Translations under genes and position numbers: made by a program
Notes under the pieces: generated by a model
What the model saw: the letters and a program-made list of their open reading frames with translations, nothing else
Databases searched by the model: none
What the model was told of the DNA's origin: nothing
Source of the DNA: Candidatus Latescibacterota bacterium
GTDB taxonomy: Bacteria; Latescibacterota; UBA2968; UBA8231
Reading direction: 5' to 3'
Length of the DNA: 64,000 nt
Assembly: GCA_965215195.1 (NCBI GenBank)
Contig: CBDCDC010000001.1
Coordinates: 832,001 to 896,000 of the forward strand
Shown: in pieces, positions 10,261 through 19,666 of the stretch
Position numbering within the stretch: the stretch's first letter is position 1
How the letters are laid out: the number at the start of each line of letters is the position of its first letter

Positions 10261-10659
10261 TCAGTCAGAATCTGAAACAAAAAAGAAATTGATCGCCTTG
10301 AAGACCTTTCTACCCAACTGCTTGGCAATCAATGAGTAGAAATCAAACTCCGTCTCCGCTATCAGGTCGTCCTGGTCGTCTTGGTCTTCTGGAACGGCCA
10401 CTATAATGAGGTTTTCGGTGGTATCAACTGAGACATCAACGTTCCACTTAAACTCGGAGGCGGCTGTCTCAACAATGGAGCGCACATGACCCCAGTCAAT
10501 GTTTAAGTCAACGACCTCTTCTTTAGATTTCTCCGGTTTAAGTTCCCGAATAATGTCCCACAATTCTCGACGTTCCTGCGTCAACGCCTCCACTTGATCT
10601 TGCAGTGCGTTTACCTTGCTCCAGAGAAGACTTATTTCTTTGTGTTCAGCTTGTAACAT
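10261..10659 (-). CDS. Hypothetical protein: N-terminal coiled coil plus acidic alpha/beta C-terminal domain
   Basis: 132-aa ORF overlapping the upstream gene by 14 bp and ending 16 bp before the HEPN start. Heptad pattern VNALQDQVEALTQERREL. Confidence 0.7.
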   Translation of the reverse strand: MLQAEHKEISLLWSKVNALQDQVEALTQERRELWDIIRELKPEKSKEEVVDLNIDWGHVRSIVETAASEFKWNVDVSVDTTENLIIVAVPEDQDDQDDLIAETEFDFYSLIAKQLGRKVFKAINFFFVSDSD

Positions 10660-11146
10660 CTGCTTGCTCCTTTTTTTGTGGGCCTTTATCCAATATGTTG
10701 CTCAGTTTGCTCCCGCATTTCGCCCGAATGACTGAATATCGCGTACCTTTGAACGACACCTTCTTTTGCCTTAACGTCTTCAGGTCCGACGCATGGCGGA
10801 CGCGACCGTGCAACAGAATTGGGCAGAATCCTTCCACTTTGGATTTGCAATGCTTGGACAATTCGTTGATCTGTTGCGCTCCAGCTTGTAGTTGATTGAG
10901 CACTTGGCTGCTCTTAAAGGAACCACTTTTCAACTCCACTGCGGCTGCAATCATCTTATTGATCGTCAGGAATATCAGAAAGTCACATCTACTGCCTGTA
11001 TGGCTGATGAGATCGCTGTACTCATCTACATCAAGGATTGTTAAAGTCTTGCCATTTCTGCCCAAATCAACATGCAGCCGACAGCCTGGAGATTCACACG
11101 TCGTCTTGACTGCCGATGGCCACGTCAATTTGATCTTTGAGTGCAT
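10646..11146 (-). CDS. Small basic protein with PD-(D/E)xK nuclease-like motif
   Basis: RCDFLIF...AAAVELKSG...QL. Starts 15 bp after the ATPase stop. Confidence 0.65.
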   Translation of the reverse strand: MHSKIKLTWPSAVKTTCESPGCRLHVDLGRNGKTLTILDVDEYSDLISHTGSRCDFLIFLTINKMIAAAVELKSGSFKSSQVLNQLQAGAQQINELSKHCKSKVEGFCPILLHGRVRHASDLKTLRQKKVSFKGTRYSVIRAKCGSKLSNILDKGPQKKEQADVTS

Positions 11147-11161
11147 GATGGACGACGCCTC

Positions 11162-12538
11162 TCAGTCGAGTTGAACGGTCTCGTCATAGATGGCTTCCGC
11201 AATTCGCACAAAGTCATCTTCCGGTATGCCTTCACTTTTAGATACGGATAGTTTTATCGCTTGGGTTCCAGGACGACCCTTCCTAGAAGAAAAAAGATAG
11301 GCCCCAACCGACTCCGAGGGCAGTTGGTCCTTTTTGGTATAGCCGAGACTTTTGACCACGCTGGCCTTGGAAGACATGCGAATACAATTGCTGAGTTGCT
11401 GCAGAAAGTAGTCGCTGTGCGTCGTGACCAATACATGCAGTCCTACATTCACCATTTGGCTGACGGCGCGGGCAAGTATTCTCTGGTTTTCTGGATGGAG
11501 ATGGGCTTCCGGTTCTTCGATAATGAGCATGTCATTGGGGCCGATTACGTACTTGAGAAAGAGCACGATAGGGGCAATTTCGGAAACCATGGAGGAAGTG
11601 CGATGAATTGGAATGCGGTTTCTGTTTATCTCATATACAAACTCAGGGTAGTCGGCACCGGAGACAGGTTGATCAACGTCGATCGTCCCGCGACTTATTT
11701 CTTGTTCGAGGAATGCTGCTATTTCACTAAGCGCGGTCGATTTACGAGGTCCCTTTTCAAGATTGAGCAGATCGCTTATGAAGTCTGTCACGACCCCAGT
11801 TAGTCGAGGTATCTCAATGGGTTCAATGCCTATTAGTGGCAGGCGGGACATCATGATCCCTGCGAGTGCTTTATGACTCTGTAGGATTCCTGACCGTGCC
11901 GCCGGAAAGTAGTAGGGTGTTTCCAAGAGGTCTCGCAAACAATGTTGGACGAGATCATTGACCAGAAAGATGTATAGATGATCTTCCGGTATGTGCCGAG
12001 AGTCCAAAGGAAATTTGATTCCCGTCAAGGAATAAGTGGCCTTCCACAGCGCGAGACGTCCACCTTGGAATCTGAATTCGAGTCGTAGATCCGGTTGGCT
12101 ACTTTCTATGATGAGTTCAAACCGCTTGTGGCATCTTGGCCGAATCAGGTCGGCAAGTTTGCTTCCGAAGCAACGCTGGATTTCGCTACTTAGTTGTTCT
12201 GGTAATTGTTCACAAAGCTGTTTGAAGACCGTATCAACCGCTTGCTGGATGCCTTTAGGAAGCTCCTCAAAGTGCGCTTCTTTTTGTTTCGCCAACAGCG
12301 CGTTTAATTCCTTTTGTTCCTGCTCATCAAGTTCAGAAGGACTTGGGCGGTACATCCGCCTAGAAGGGCCAAAGCGGTGGAACCCACGAGAACGAGTGAA
12401 TGAGGCAAAAATGGCGTAGTGCAACAGAGCCGTATAGGACTTACCGGCATTGTTCTCTCCGATAAAGACCGTCAATGGCCGCAAGGATATATCCGCTTCT
12501 ATGAGCGGGCCGAAGTATTTGACCTTGACGTTTAGCAT
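11162..12538 (-). CDS. ABC-type/AAA_15-AAA_21 family ATPase (defence-associated type)
   Basis: Walker A GENNAGKS, PAARSG, degenerate signature SSMVSE, Walker B/D-loop IIEEPEAHLHP, H-loop TTHS. Confidence 0.9.
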   Translation of the reverse strand: MLNVKVKYFGPLIEADISLRPLTVFIGENNAGKSYTALLHYAIFASFTRSRGFHRFGPSRRMYRPSPSELDEQEQKELNALLAKQKEAHFEELPKGIQQAVDTVFKQLCEQLPEQLSSEIQRCFGSKLADLIRPRCHKRFELIIESSQPDLRLEFRFQGGRLALWKATYSLTGIKFPLDSRHIPEDHLYIFLVNDLVQHCLRDLLETPYYFPAARSGILQSHKALAGIMMSRLPLIGIEPIEIPRLTGVVTDFISDLLNLEKGPRKSTALSEIAAFLEQEISRGTIDVDQPVSGADYPEFVYEINRNRIPIHRTSSMVSEIAPIVLFLKYVIGPNDMLIIEEPEAHLHPENQRILARAVSQMVNVGLHVLVTTHSDYFLQQLSNCIRMSSKASVVKSLGYTKKDQLPSESVGAYLFSSRKGRPGTQAIKLSVSKSEGIPEDDFVRIAEAIYDETVQLD

Positions 12539-12581
12539 AAGTGTTTTTCCTTTGTAATTTCAAGCAGCATTCGCCGATAAC

Positions 12582-12610
12582 ATGATAGGCCAATGGTCGT
12601 AAAATAGCAA
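12582..12610 (-). promoter_or_regulatory. Putative sigma70 promoter for the ATPase-led four-gene unit
   Basis: TTGCTA-N17-TATCAT on the minus strand, followed by an AAAGGA RBS before the ATG at 12538. Confidence 0.5.
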
Positions 12611-12694
12611 GGGGCCTCAATCCGGCAATATCTCGTCCCCAAAGCATGAAGGCTCAGGGTGTAGTTACTCGTAGTGGCCATTAATGATTCGGAG

Positions 12695-15600
12695 TTATCT
12701 TTCGTATTTATCCAGATCGGTGCTAATGCTGTAAGTTTTTTCAAGGCACATCCGGTCTATCAGATCGAGACATTTAGATGCCCATTTATTGCGTTGGTGT
12801 TGATGGTATGTTCTGAACACTAGTTCTGTCGCGATGGTGCCATCTGCGGCTCGGCTCGTGCGAATATCCCGTGCCTCGTCGCTAAATCGTTCGAGAAACT
12901 TCTCACATACAACATACGTGATACCGGGCAGGCGATGCGAGGACTCTTTAAGGGCGTAAAGTATGGAATACGAGTTTTTTTTATAAGCCTCACTATCGCA
13001 AAATTTTTCTATCAGGTTTTCGTAAGACTCCAGAGATTGTCCTTCCATGTTACGGAAACAAGTCGCAACTTTTTGACAAACCTCGCTATCACTATCATTG
13101 AAAAGTCGCAGAAGTTGATGCTCCGACCATTGTCGATGAGCTGGTTGGCCGATGTTTGCAGATGCTACTCGAGCCACTCCGAGTCTCTGTGCCGAATTGC
13201 CATGGAGTGCTTCTTCCACAAGATTTCTAGCTCCGTCGTGATGAAGTAGTACCGCAATGCTTGCCAGCCGAGCACCAGTCTCATTTACCTTAGGAAGCTC
13301 TGATCGCAACATTCTTTCTACAATGCCTTGGATGCGCTCGAAGTGCTCGTATAGCCCATAATAAATAAAACGATCTAAGTATGGAGTCGCGAGTAAGTGA
13401 TCGTAGTCACCTTGGTTGCTCCAAGGTTCGGTGAGTTTGGTAAATTGCTCTAAAGCAAATTCCCAATCGTGATTTGTTATGGCTAAAAGCACTGAGGCTG
13501 CACAAGCTCGAACGGCAATACTCTTGTCGCCGCTCAATTTTTCGACTGTGGTACGAAATCGCTCAATGTAGGAAGCATCTCTTTGAATAAGAGCACCAAT
13601 GGCTTCGGCAGCACGTCCGCGTGTCGTGTTGATGCCATGTGTAAGTACATCTCCTCCATAGTAGAGTGTGCCGCCTATGGCTCTTTCATTCCATAACTCC
13701 TTCTCTGGATCAGGATGTTCTGTTGCCAACCAGTCAAGCATCTGTACGGCGTCATCAGGAATCGATTCTTCGATAGAACCTAACAAGTCAGCGATTTCGC
13801 TTCCACACTCATCGCGGAATTCGGCGTATGCTTTGCGACACACTTCAAGTTTAAGTTCGGTAAAGTTGCTCGTCTCTTTCAGGCCGGATAGTGTGTGTTC
13901 TATATAGACTGGATTTGTGCCCGATGGAAACTTGAGACTCAAGCAAGCAAATCGCTCCGGTTCTTTCTTTACAAACTCTTGCAACATCCCTGCAAGTTGC
14001 GAAGCACCACCCTTTTCAGGATTCTCCCAGAAGTATTTGCTCTCCTCAGAATCATACTTTTTAATCGCTTTGAGCCATTGTTCATCTGTCATTTTCTCTG
14101 CTGCCGTCTTTTCAATTGGAGAGCCTACTGTATATGATTGTATGCCTCTCGGAGGAGATTCCACCAGTGTTCCAAATTTCCGTTCAAGCTCTGCATAACG
14201 AGCCTGAGCAGTGTTGCTACGCAATTCAACCGGTATGCCCGATAGCAGTTCAAAACAAGCCCTCCCTCTCTTTTTATACCCGTTATGGGTCCGCTCGTAA
14301 TCCGAAACGTAATCCAGAATAGCCTCTTCAAGCCTTGCACGGTTTTCGTCGGAACAAAGCGGGGTAACTGCTTTAATCAATTGAATCGCTATCCAGTAAG
14401 GACTATTGGAATATCCGCATTGAAAACGCCAAGTCTTGTCGCAGAGCTCGGAAACAGCGTCGTCGGCAAAATGTTCCGCACCAGCTTTATAGGCCCGAAG
14501 TAGAAGAAAATTCGCCATATAGGTATCACGGCTCCGAAGAGCTGCCAAGATCGCACCAATACTGTTAGACTTCTTCTCAGCAAGTTTCTCTACCGCGACA
14601 GCAAGCCCATCCCTGCATGCCTTGTCAATTGAGACATGTTCACTGTCAAACAGACATGGCCATGGCCATACGGCATCGCGTCTTGGTGGAGTACTTTCTT
14701 CTCCATAGACGGCCTCATCGGCGATTTGCAGGACCACTGGCAGAACATGCTGCACAAATTCTTCAGGAGCTTTGGTTGCAGAGTCATAGATACCAGCACC
14801 ATCGTGGTTGAACAGGTCATGCCAGTTAGGTTTTCCTGTGCCACTGCTAGTATTTTGGACAATAGAAATGCGCCTCGTCAACCAATGCGAAACTACTTCT
14901 GGAATCCAAGCGGGTTGTGCTTCGGCGACCCCGTGCATCATGCTCCAGAATGTACTGTCGACAGCAATTGGTCCGCGTGTGTCATCCAAAGTCCCATCAT
15001 CTATTAACTTTAGGAACAAATCAAAAAACCTCCGGCTTTTCTCAAGCGCGGGCCACTGGACAATGAGCGCAAGCCGTTGAGTCCAATCTCCATCCACTCC
15101 TACAAATGGCTCTAAGATTTCAGCCACTCTGTCGCCTGAGCATCTCTGATGAATCCGAACATATTTCACACCCATATCGACAATACGATCATTCTCGGAT
15201 GCGAGCCAACCTGCGATGAGGTCCTTTTTGTCTGTAATATGAAACCAAGACTGCGAAGAGAAAAATCGGTCCCAAACTAAGGACGCGAACTTGTCTATAT
15301 TCGGTTTTCCGCTCTTGATTGCTTCAAGCTCGGATTCGATCCACGGTGCAAGCACGTTCCATTCATTTTCTTTGGGACTTGGCATCGCAATAGCTTGGGC
15401 AATAGCAAGGTCCTTTAAGTGCGAACGGATTCTCTCATCCGTCAGTAGTTCTTTGAGTTCTCTACAATACCGTTCCGGGTCAGCATCGCGAAGATAAACG
15501 AGAACTTGCCTAACCTGTGCTCTTCGAAATAGATGTTGCTCCGACTTTGTGAGGAATTCTGTCAAAGATGCATCTTGTGCCATGAAAATACGGGCAAAGC

Positions 15601-17257
15601 AATAATCAAAAAATGCCTCATGTCCGAAAGCATAACGTTTTTCATCAAACGAAAGCACACCCTCCGACGCCATCGCGTTAAGGTAATAGGACGGGAATTG
15701 ATCTAGCGTCTCCTTCGACACTGAAAGTTGCTGTGATGTAGTCATTTTATCACACAACATCTGAATTATGTTCATCCAACAGTCTGATGAGGAAGTGGCA
15801 CGATCCTTAACTGTCCGGCGTTTTTCGTCCCAGTAGTGATCAAATAAATCTTTTGTTGAGAAGAACGGCGGTTGTGAGTCGGGATTGTAATTCGTATCAA
15901 GGAACAAGGAGAGATTCTGCGGAAGGCAGAGCAACTCCAGTTGCTTTGCATCAAATAGCTCAGATTTGAAACGGCTATTCCTGAGCACTGGTTTTACTTC
16001 ATCCAGAGAAAAATCTGTGACGGTGACTTTGGCAGAGTCTTTTGCAAAAGGGCGGCGCAAACGATGATCGTTTTCCCAATCAAACTCTCGGCAGACAACC
16101 ACGACGTGAAATTTCACTCTATTGCGTAACCCCTTTGCCTCGTCTAAAAGGTCTTCCACAACATCAAAGAAATCCGAACTGCGGCCAGAAGTTGTGCTGA
16201 CGGCGTCGAGTTGATCGATAACGAGAACCGCCTCACTTGACCTGGCCTCAGCCGCTGTCGCCAACACGAGTACTGGCGATTCTTCGAGGTTAAGCTGTTC
16301 GCCCAATTTTTTGGTTGATGATACCGGCTTTATGCGGTCCAGCCGAAAGGCAAGTACAGCAGTATCACTGCTTTGACGGAGGGTTTCTACAAATTCGATT
16401 ACGCATCCCGTCTTTCCGCCCCCGGCCTTGCCGGTGAGAACGCAGTTGCAACCCCTCTTATTTTCTTTGAGCTTGGCAATGAGTTCCTGAGTCGAGGAGC
16501 GAGGAATAAGAGAGTCTTGAATCAGATTTCGTCGTGTGACTTCGAGATAACGATCAGTTGCTTCGTCAATGAGCGAAGGGGCGTCATTTGGTTTGGTAAG
16601 TTGCCTCAGTGTGAACCCCTTGCTTTGAAGGTGCGAAATCAGATCCTTGCGGCTGATGTCCTTATGGATTGAATCTTCAGCAAAGCTGCGGAGTGCATCA
16701 CAAACGTTATTTGGTTTAGCGAGGAACCGTACCGACAAAGATGGCCGAACCTGTTCTTCAATGCCTCTCTCATCAATTGTACGGACTTCGATTCGTTGGA
16801 GTATCGAGTATGTCTTGGCTGTATCTGTGTTGTGCCAGATATTTTTGAGTGTTTGGAGAGCTTTCTTTTGGATATCAGAGTTCACAAACTTGGATTCAAA
16901 CTCCTCTAGATTATTTGCTTTCACAGCCCCCTCTGTTAGCTTTCTTAACTCCGGTGCATCGCTCCCCGAAACAAAAACAAACTGTGTGCTATCTTTTGCA
17001 GAAAGTTGATCGAACATCGTCCGTAGCAGGTCGCTAAAGGCAGACAGATTCCACTTGCCACTTGGATGACTGATCTTTACTTGGTGAAGCTCTTGATAGC
17101 CTCCAACAGTGATTACAAACTCGGCTTTATCGACCGTCGGGTCCTCAATTCGGATATTATCGGCTTCTTCATTAATGATACGTACAAGCTGAGAGACCGT
17201 CCACCATTGTTCGTAGCGATTTCCAAACTTGTTAGCGGGTCCGCCAGGCAATGGCAT
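12695..17257 (-). CDS. Avs (AVAST)-like STAND NTPase with N-terminal nuclease-like domain and long helical-repeat C-terminus
   Basis: N-terminal GNRYE...EF...HQVK (restriction-endonuclease-like), Walker A GKAGGGKT, Walker B LVIDQLD, VVVCR sensor, FGHEAFFDY, then about 900 aa of helical HEAT/TPR-like sequence. Confidence 0.75.
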   Translation of the reverse strand: MPLPGGPANKFGNRYEQWWTVSQLVRIINEEADNIRIEDPTVDKAEFVITVGGYQELHQVKISHPSGKWNLSAFSDLLRTMFDQLSAKDSTQFVFVSGSDAPELRKLTEGAVKANNLEEFESKFVNSDIQKKALQTLKNIWHNTDTAKTYSILQRIEVRTIDERGIEEQVRPSLSVRFLAKPNNVCDALRSFAEDSIHKDISRKDLISHLQSKGFTLRQLTKPNDAPSLIDEATDRYLEVTRRNLIQDSLIPRSSTQELIAKLKENKRGCNCVLTGKAGGGKTGCVIEFVETLRQSSDTAVLAFRLDRIKPVSSTKKLGEQLNLEESPVLVLATAAEARSSEAVLVIDQLDAVSTTSGRSSDFFDVVEDLLDEAKGLRNRVKFHVVVVCREFDWENDHRLRRPFAKDSAKVTVTDFSLDEVKPVLRNSRFKSELFDAKQLELLCLPQNLSLFLDTNYNPDSQPPFFSTKDLFDHYWDEKRRTVKDRATSSSDCWMNIIQMLCDKMTTSQQLSVSKETLDQFPSYYLNAMASEGVLSFDEKRYAFGHEAFFDYCFARIFMAQDASLTEFLTKSEQHLFRRAQVRQVLVYLRDADPERYCRELKELLTDERIRSHLKDLAIAQAIAMPSPKENEWNVLAPWIESELEAIKSGKPNIDKFASLVWDRFFSSQSWFHITDKKDLIAGWLASENDRIVDMGVKYVRIHQRCSGDRVAEILEPFVGVDGDWTQRLALIVQWPALEKSRRFFDLFLKLIDDGTLDDTRGPIAVDSTFWSMMHGVAEAQPAWIPEVVSHWLTRRISIVQNTSSGTGKPNWHDLFNHDGAGIYDSATKAPEEFVQHVLPVVLQIADEAVYGEESTPPRRDAVWPWPCLFDSEHVSIDKACRDGLAVAVEKLAEKKSNSIGAILAALRSRDTYMANFLLLRAYKAGAEHFADDAVSELCDKTWRFQCGYSNSPYWIAIQLIKAVTPLCSDENRARLEEAILDYVSDYERTHNGYKKRGRACFELLSGIPVELRSNTAQARYAELERKFGTLVESPPRGIQSYTVGSPIEKTAAEKMTDEQWLKAIKKYDSEESKYFWENPEKGGASQLAGMLQEFVKKEPERFACLSLKFPSGTNPVYIEHTLSGLKETSNFTELKLEVCRKAYAEFRDECGSEIADLLGSIEESIPDDAVQMLDWLATEHPDPEKELWNERAIGGTLYYGGDVLTHGINTTRGRAAEAIGALIQRDASYIERFRTTVEKLSGDKSIAVRACAASVLLAITNHDWEFALEQFTKLTEPWSNQGDYDHLLATPYLDRFIYYGLYEHFERIQGIVERMLRSELPKVNETGARLASIAVLLHHDGARNLVEEALHGNSAQRLGVARVASANIGQPAHRQWSEHQLLRLFNDSDSEVCQKVATCFRNMEGQSLESYENLIEKFCDSEAYKKNSYSILYALKESSHRLPGITYVVCEKFLERFSDEARDIRTSRAADGTIATELVFRTYHQHQRNKWASKCLDLIDRMCLEKTYSISTDLDKYER

Positions 17258-17309
17258 CGCTATTTCCTCTCTGAGTCCGGGGTAGCAAAGTCAATCGAAT
17301 TCGCCCTAT

Positions 17310-17338
17310 AATATAGTGAACTCATGTGCATCTATCAA
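17310..17338 (-). promoter_or_regulatory. Putative sigma70 promoter of the Avs-like gene
   Basis: TTGATA-N17-TATATT just after the hsdS stop. GAGG RBS before the ATG at 17257. Confidence 0.55.
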
Positions 17339-17342
17339 GGGG

Positions 17343-18656
17343 CTATACTGCACGGCGCACGTCAATTTTCCCCGTCACCGCAGCGGAGATCAGAGCAGTT
17401 CGGCGTTCCTTGAGCAGCCCAATCGCCGTTTCACATTTTTCGATGAGCGCGTCGATCTTCTCGGTTTCTCGGTCGAGAAATGTGGCGATTTGCTTTTGTT
17501 CTTCAAGTGGTGGCACGGAAATACTGATATTGGCGATGTCACTAGCATTGGTCGCAGGATAGCTGACGCCAACGGATTGGGCAACCACTGTCTCCACAAA
17601 AAAGGGTGCCTGTAGCAAATAAGAGCAATATGCCGGTTTCAATTCGTCGCGGGGAGATACCACGCAGAAACCCGTTGATACAACCAGATCCTCGGCACTT
17701 CCTTTTACGGACGCAATCGCCCGAAGGTATGTTCTGACAGTTGATACGATTGCATCTCCTTTTCGTACCAAACGCCTTGCACGAGAAGGCGCACTTGAAA
17801 ATCTCATTCTCTCTGTTTTAGTAATGCCCGACCCTTCTGATACACTGCCAATGTCAACGTAATCAAATTCGTAATCTGGGTCTGTGCTTTCGGGCAACAC
17901 GCTTCTATTGATATGCGATAGATGTTTGAGGGGTTTCAAATCCCACCCCGCCGGCACCTCCCCCAACCACGTAACCCCACTCGCCTTCATCTTCGCATTC
18001 GGATTCAATCCTTTGGTGACGGCATTCGAGATGACCGCCTGCCGCTTTTCCCGAAGCAGTGCGATCAGGTGCTCTTGCTTGTCAACGAGCGCGTCGATCC
18101 TCTCGGTTTCTCGGTCGAGGAATGTGGCGATTTGTTTTTGGTCTTCGAGTGGTGGAACGGAAATACTGATCTTGGCAATGTCACTGGCATTGGTCGCAGG
18201 ATAGCTGACGCCAACGGATTGGGCAACCACTGTCTCCACAAAAAAGGATGCCTGTAGCAAATAAGAGCAATATGCCGGTTTCAATTCGTCGCGGGGAGAT
18301 ACCACGCAGAAACCCGTTGATACAACCAGATCCTCGGCACTTCCTTTTACGGACGCAATCGCCCGAAGGTATGTTCTGACAGTTGATACGATTGCATCGC
18401 CTTTTCGTACTAGACGTCTTGCACGAGAAGGCGCACTTGAAAATCTCATTCTCTCTGTTTTAGTAATGCCCAACCCTTCTGATACACTGCCAATGTCAAT
18501 ATAATCAAATTCGTAATCTGGGTCTGTGCTTTCGGACAACACATTTCTATTGATATGCGCCAGATGTTTGAGAGGTTTCAAATCCCATCCCGCCGGCACC
18601 TCCCCCAACCACTCAACCCCACTCTCCTTGTACTCCGCATACTTCCGAAAATTCAT
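17343..18656 (-). CDS. hsdS: Type I R-M specificity subunit with two near-identical TRDs (437 aa from MNFRKY)
   Basis: YKESGVEWLGEVP, PPLE(D/E)QKQIA.FLD conserved helices, AVTKG and AVTGKIDV. ATGA overlap with the yhcG stop. Confidence 0.95.
   Translation of the reverse strand: MNFRKYAEYKESGVEWLGEVPAGWDLKPLKHLAHINRNVLSESTDPDYEFDYIDIGSVSEGLGITKTERMRFSSAPSRARRLVRKGDAIVSTVRTYLRAIASVKGSAEDLVVSTGFCVVSPRDELKPAYCSYLLQASFFVETVVAQSVGVSYPATNASDIAKISISVPPLEDQKQIATFLDRETERIDALVDKQEHLIALLREKRQAVISNAVTKGLNPNAKMKASGVTWLGEVPAGWDLKPLKHLSHINRSVLPESTDPDYEFDYVDIGSVSEGSGITKTERMRFSSAPSRARRLVRKGDAIVSTVRTYLRAIASVKGSAEDLVVSTGFCVVSPRDELKPAYCSYLLQAPFFVETVVAQSVGVSYPATNASDIANISISVPPLEEQKQIATFLDRETEKIDALIEKCETAIGLLKERRTALISAAVTGKIDVRRAV
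17445..18624. repeat. About 540-bp direct repeat inside hsdS (17445-17982 vs 18087-18624, offset 642 bp)
   Basis: Long identical DNA stretches in both halves with scattered substitutions. Confidence 0.95.
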
Positions 18657-19666
18657 TCGTCGCCCTCCACGGCAGACTCGCATTGCAAGTAAAACTCTTG
18701 CAGTTTGGCTTTTAGCAGTTGCTTGTCGGGCAACTGCATCTGGTATTCGGCAATCAAGGCCGGCGAGAGGGTCCGGTTGAGCGCGTACTCGACGACCTCT
18801 TCGTCTTTGCTCGCACACAGCAGGACACCGATCGATGAGTGTTCGTGCGGCTTCTTCACATCGCGGTCCAAAGCCTCTAAGTAAAAACTGAGCTTGCCCA
18901 AATACTCCGGCTCGAACCGTCCCACCTTGAGTTCAAACGCGACCAAACAGTTGAGCTCGCGATGAAAAAAGAGCAGGTCGAGCGCAAAATCGCGATCGCC
19001 GACTTGGACGGGAACCTCGGCCCCCACAAAACAAAAATCCTGCCCCAGCTCGACCAGAAAATCCCGCAACTTGGCAATGAGTGCCCGCTGTAAATCAGCC
19101 TCGGCGTGGTCGCCCGGCAAGTCGAGAAACTCCAGCAAATAAGTGTCTTTGAGCACTCTGTGGGCTGCTGGATGCAATTGTCGCACCGCTGGTGAGACTT
19201 TTGGCGGGCTGAGCACGGTTCGCTCGAACAAGGCTCCGCGAAACTGGCGCTCTAGTTCCCGTTTGCTCCATTTTTCGCGGATCGCCGTTTTCAGGTAAAA
19301 CTCGCGTTCTTCCGGGGTTTTACTCTGCGACAGGATGATGAGGTTGTGCGTCCACGGCAATTGTGTCACCAGTGGTGACACTTTTTCATCGCCCCGATAA
19401 GTCGCGTAAAATTGCCGCATCCGAAACAGATTCGCCCGCGTAAATCCACGCAATCCGGGCTGCGTCGTTTTGAGGTGGTTCGCCAGTTGCTTGACGACCC
19501 CCTCACCCCAAGCGGCGGACTCCAGCTTGGCATGAATATACGCCCCGACCTGCCAGTACAGTTCGACCAGCATCGAGTTGACCGTCGAGTACGCGCGCTG
19601 TTTGGCCGCGGCAATCATCTGAACGACCTCATCGAAGTCGCGCTTACGGATCACGTCGTTACGCAT
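18653..19666 (-). CDS. yhcG: DUF1016/YhcG family PD-(D/E)xK nuclease
   Basis: LYWQVG, NLFRMRQFY, LPWTHN, ELGQDFCFVG, DLLFFHRELNCLVAFELK. Confidence 0.9.
   Translation of the reverse strand: MRNDVIRKRDFDEVVQMIAAAKQRAYSTVNSMLVELYWQVGAYIHAKLESAAWGEGVVKQLANHLKTTQPGLRGFTRANLFRMRQFYATYRGDEKVSPLVTQLPWTHNLIILSQSKTPEEREFYLKTAIREKWSKRELERQFRGALFERTVLSPPKVSPAVRQLHPAAHRVLKDTYLLEFLDLPGDHAEADLQRALIAKLRDFLVELGQDFCFVGAEVPVQVGDRDFALDLLFFHRELNCLVAFELKVGRFEPEYLGKLSFYLEALDRDVKKPHEHSSIGVLLCASKDEEVVEYALNRTLSPALIAEYQMQLPDKQLLKAKLQEFYLQCESAVEGDE

Noticed and set aside
10646-12538. Calling the ATPase pair PARIS, Septu or Gabija
   Set aside because: The partner shows no TOPRIM, HNH or UvrD motifs, so it is left unassigned.
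17445-18624. hsdS repeat as a DGR template/variable pair or an invertible shufflon
   Set aside because: No reverse transcriptase or recombinase is present. The copies are direct, both coding, and the differences do not look adenine-specific.
18657-18818. 54-aa N-terminal extension of HsdS in the ORF track
   Set aside because: It overlaps yhcG. The ATG at 18656 gives a typical HsdS start with an ATGA overlap.
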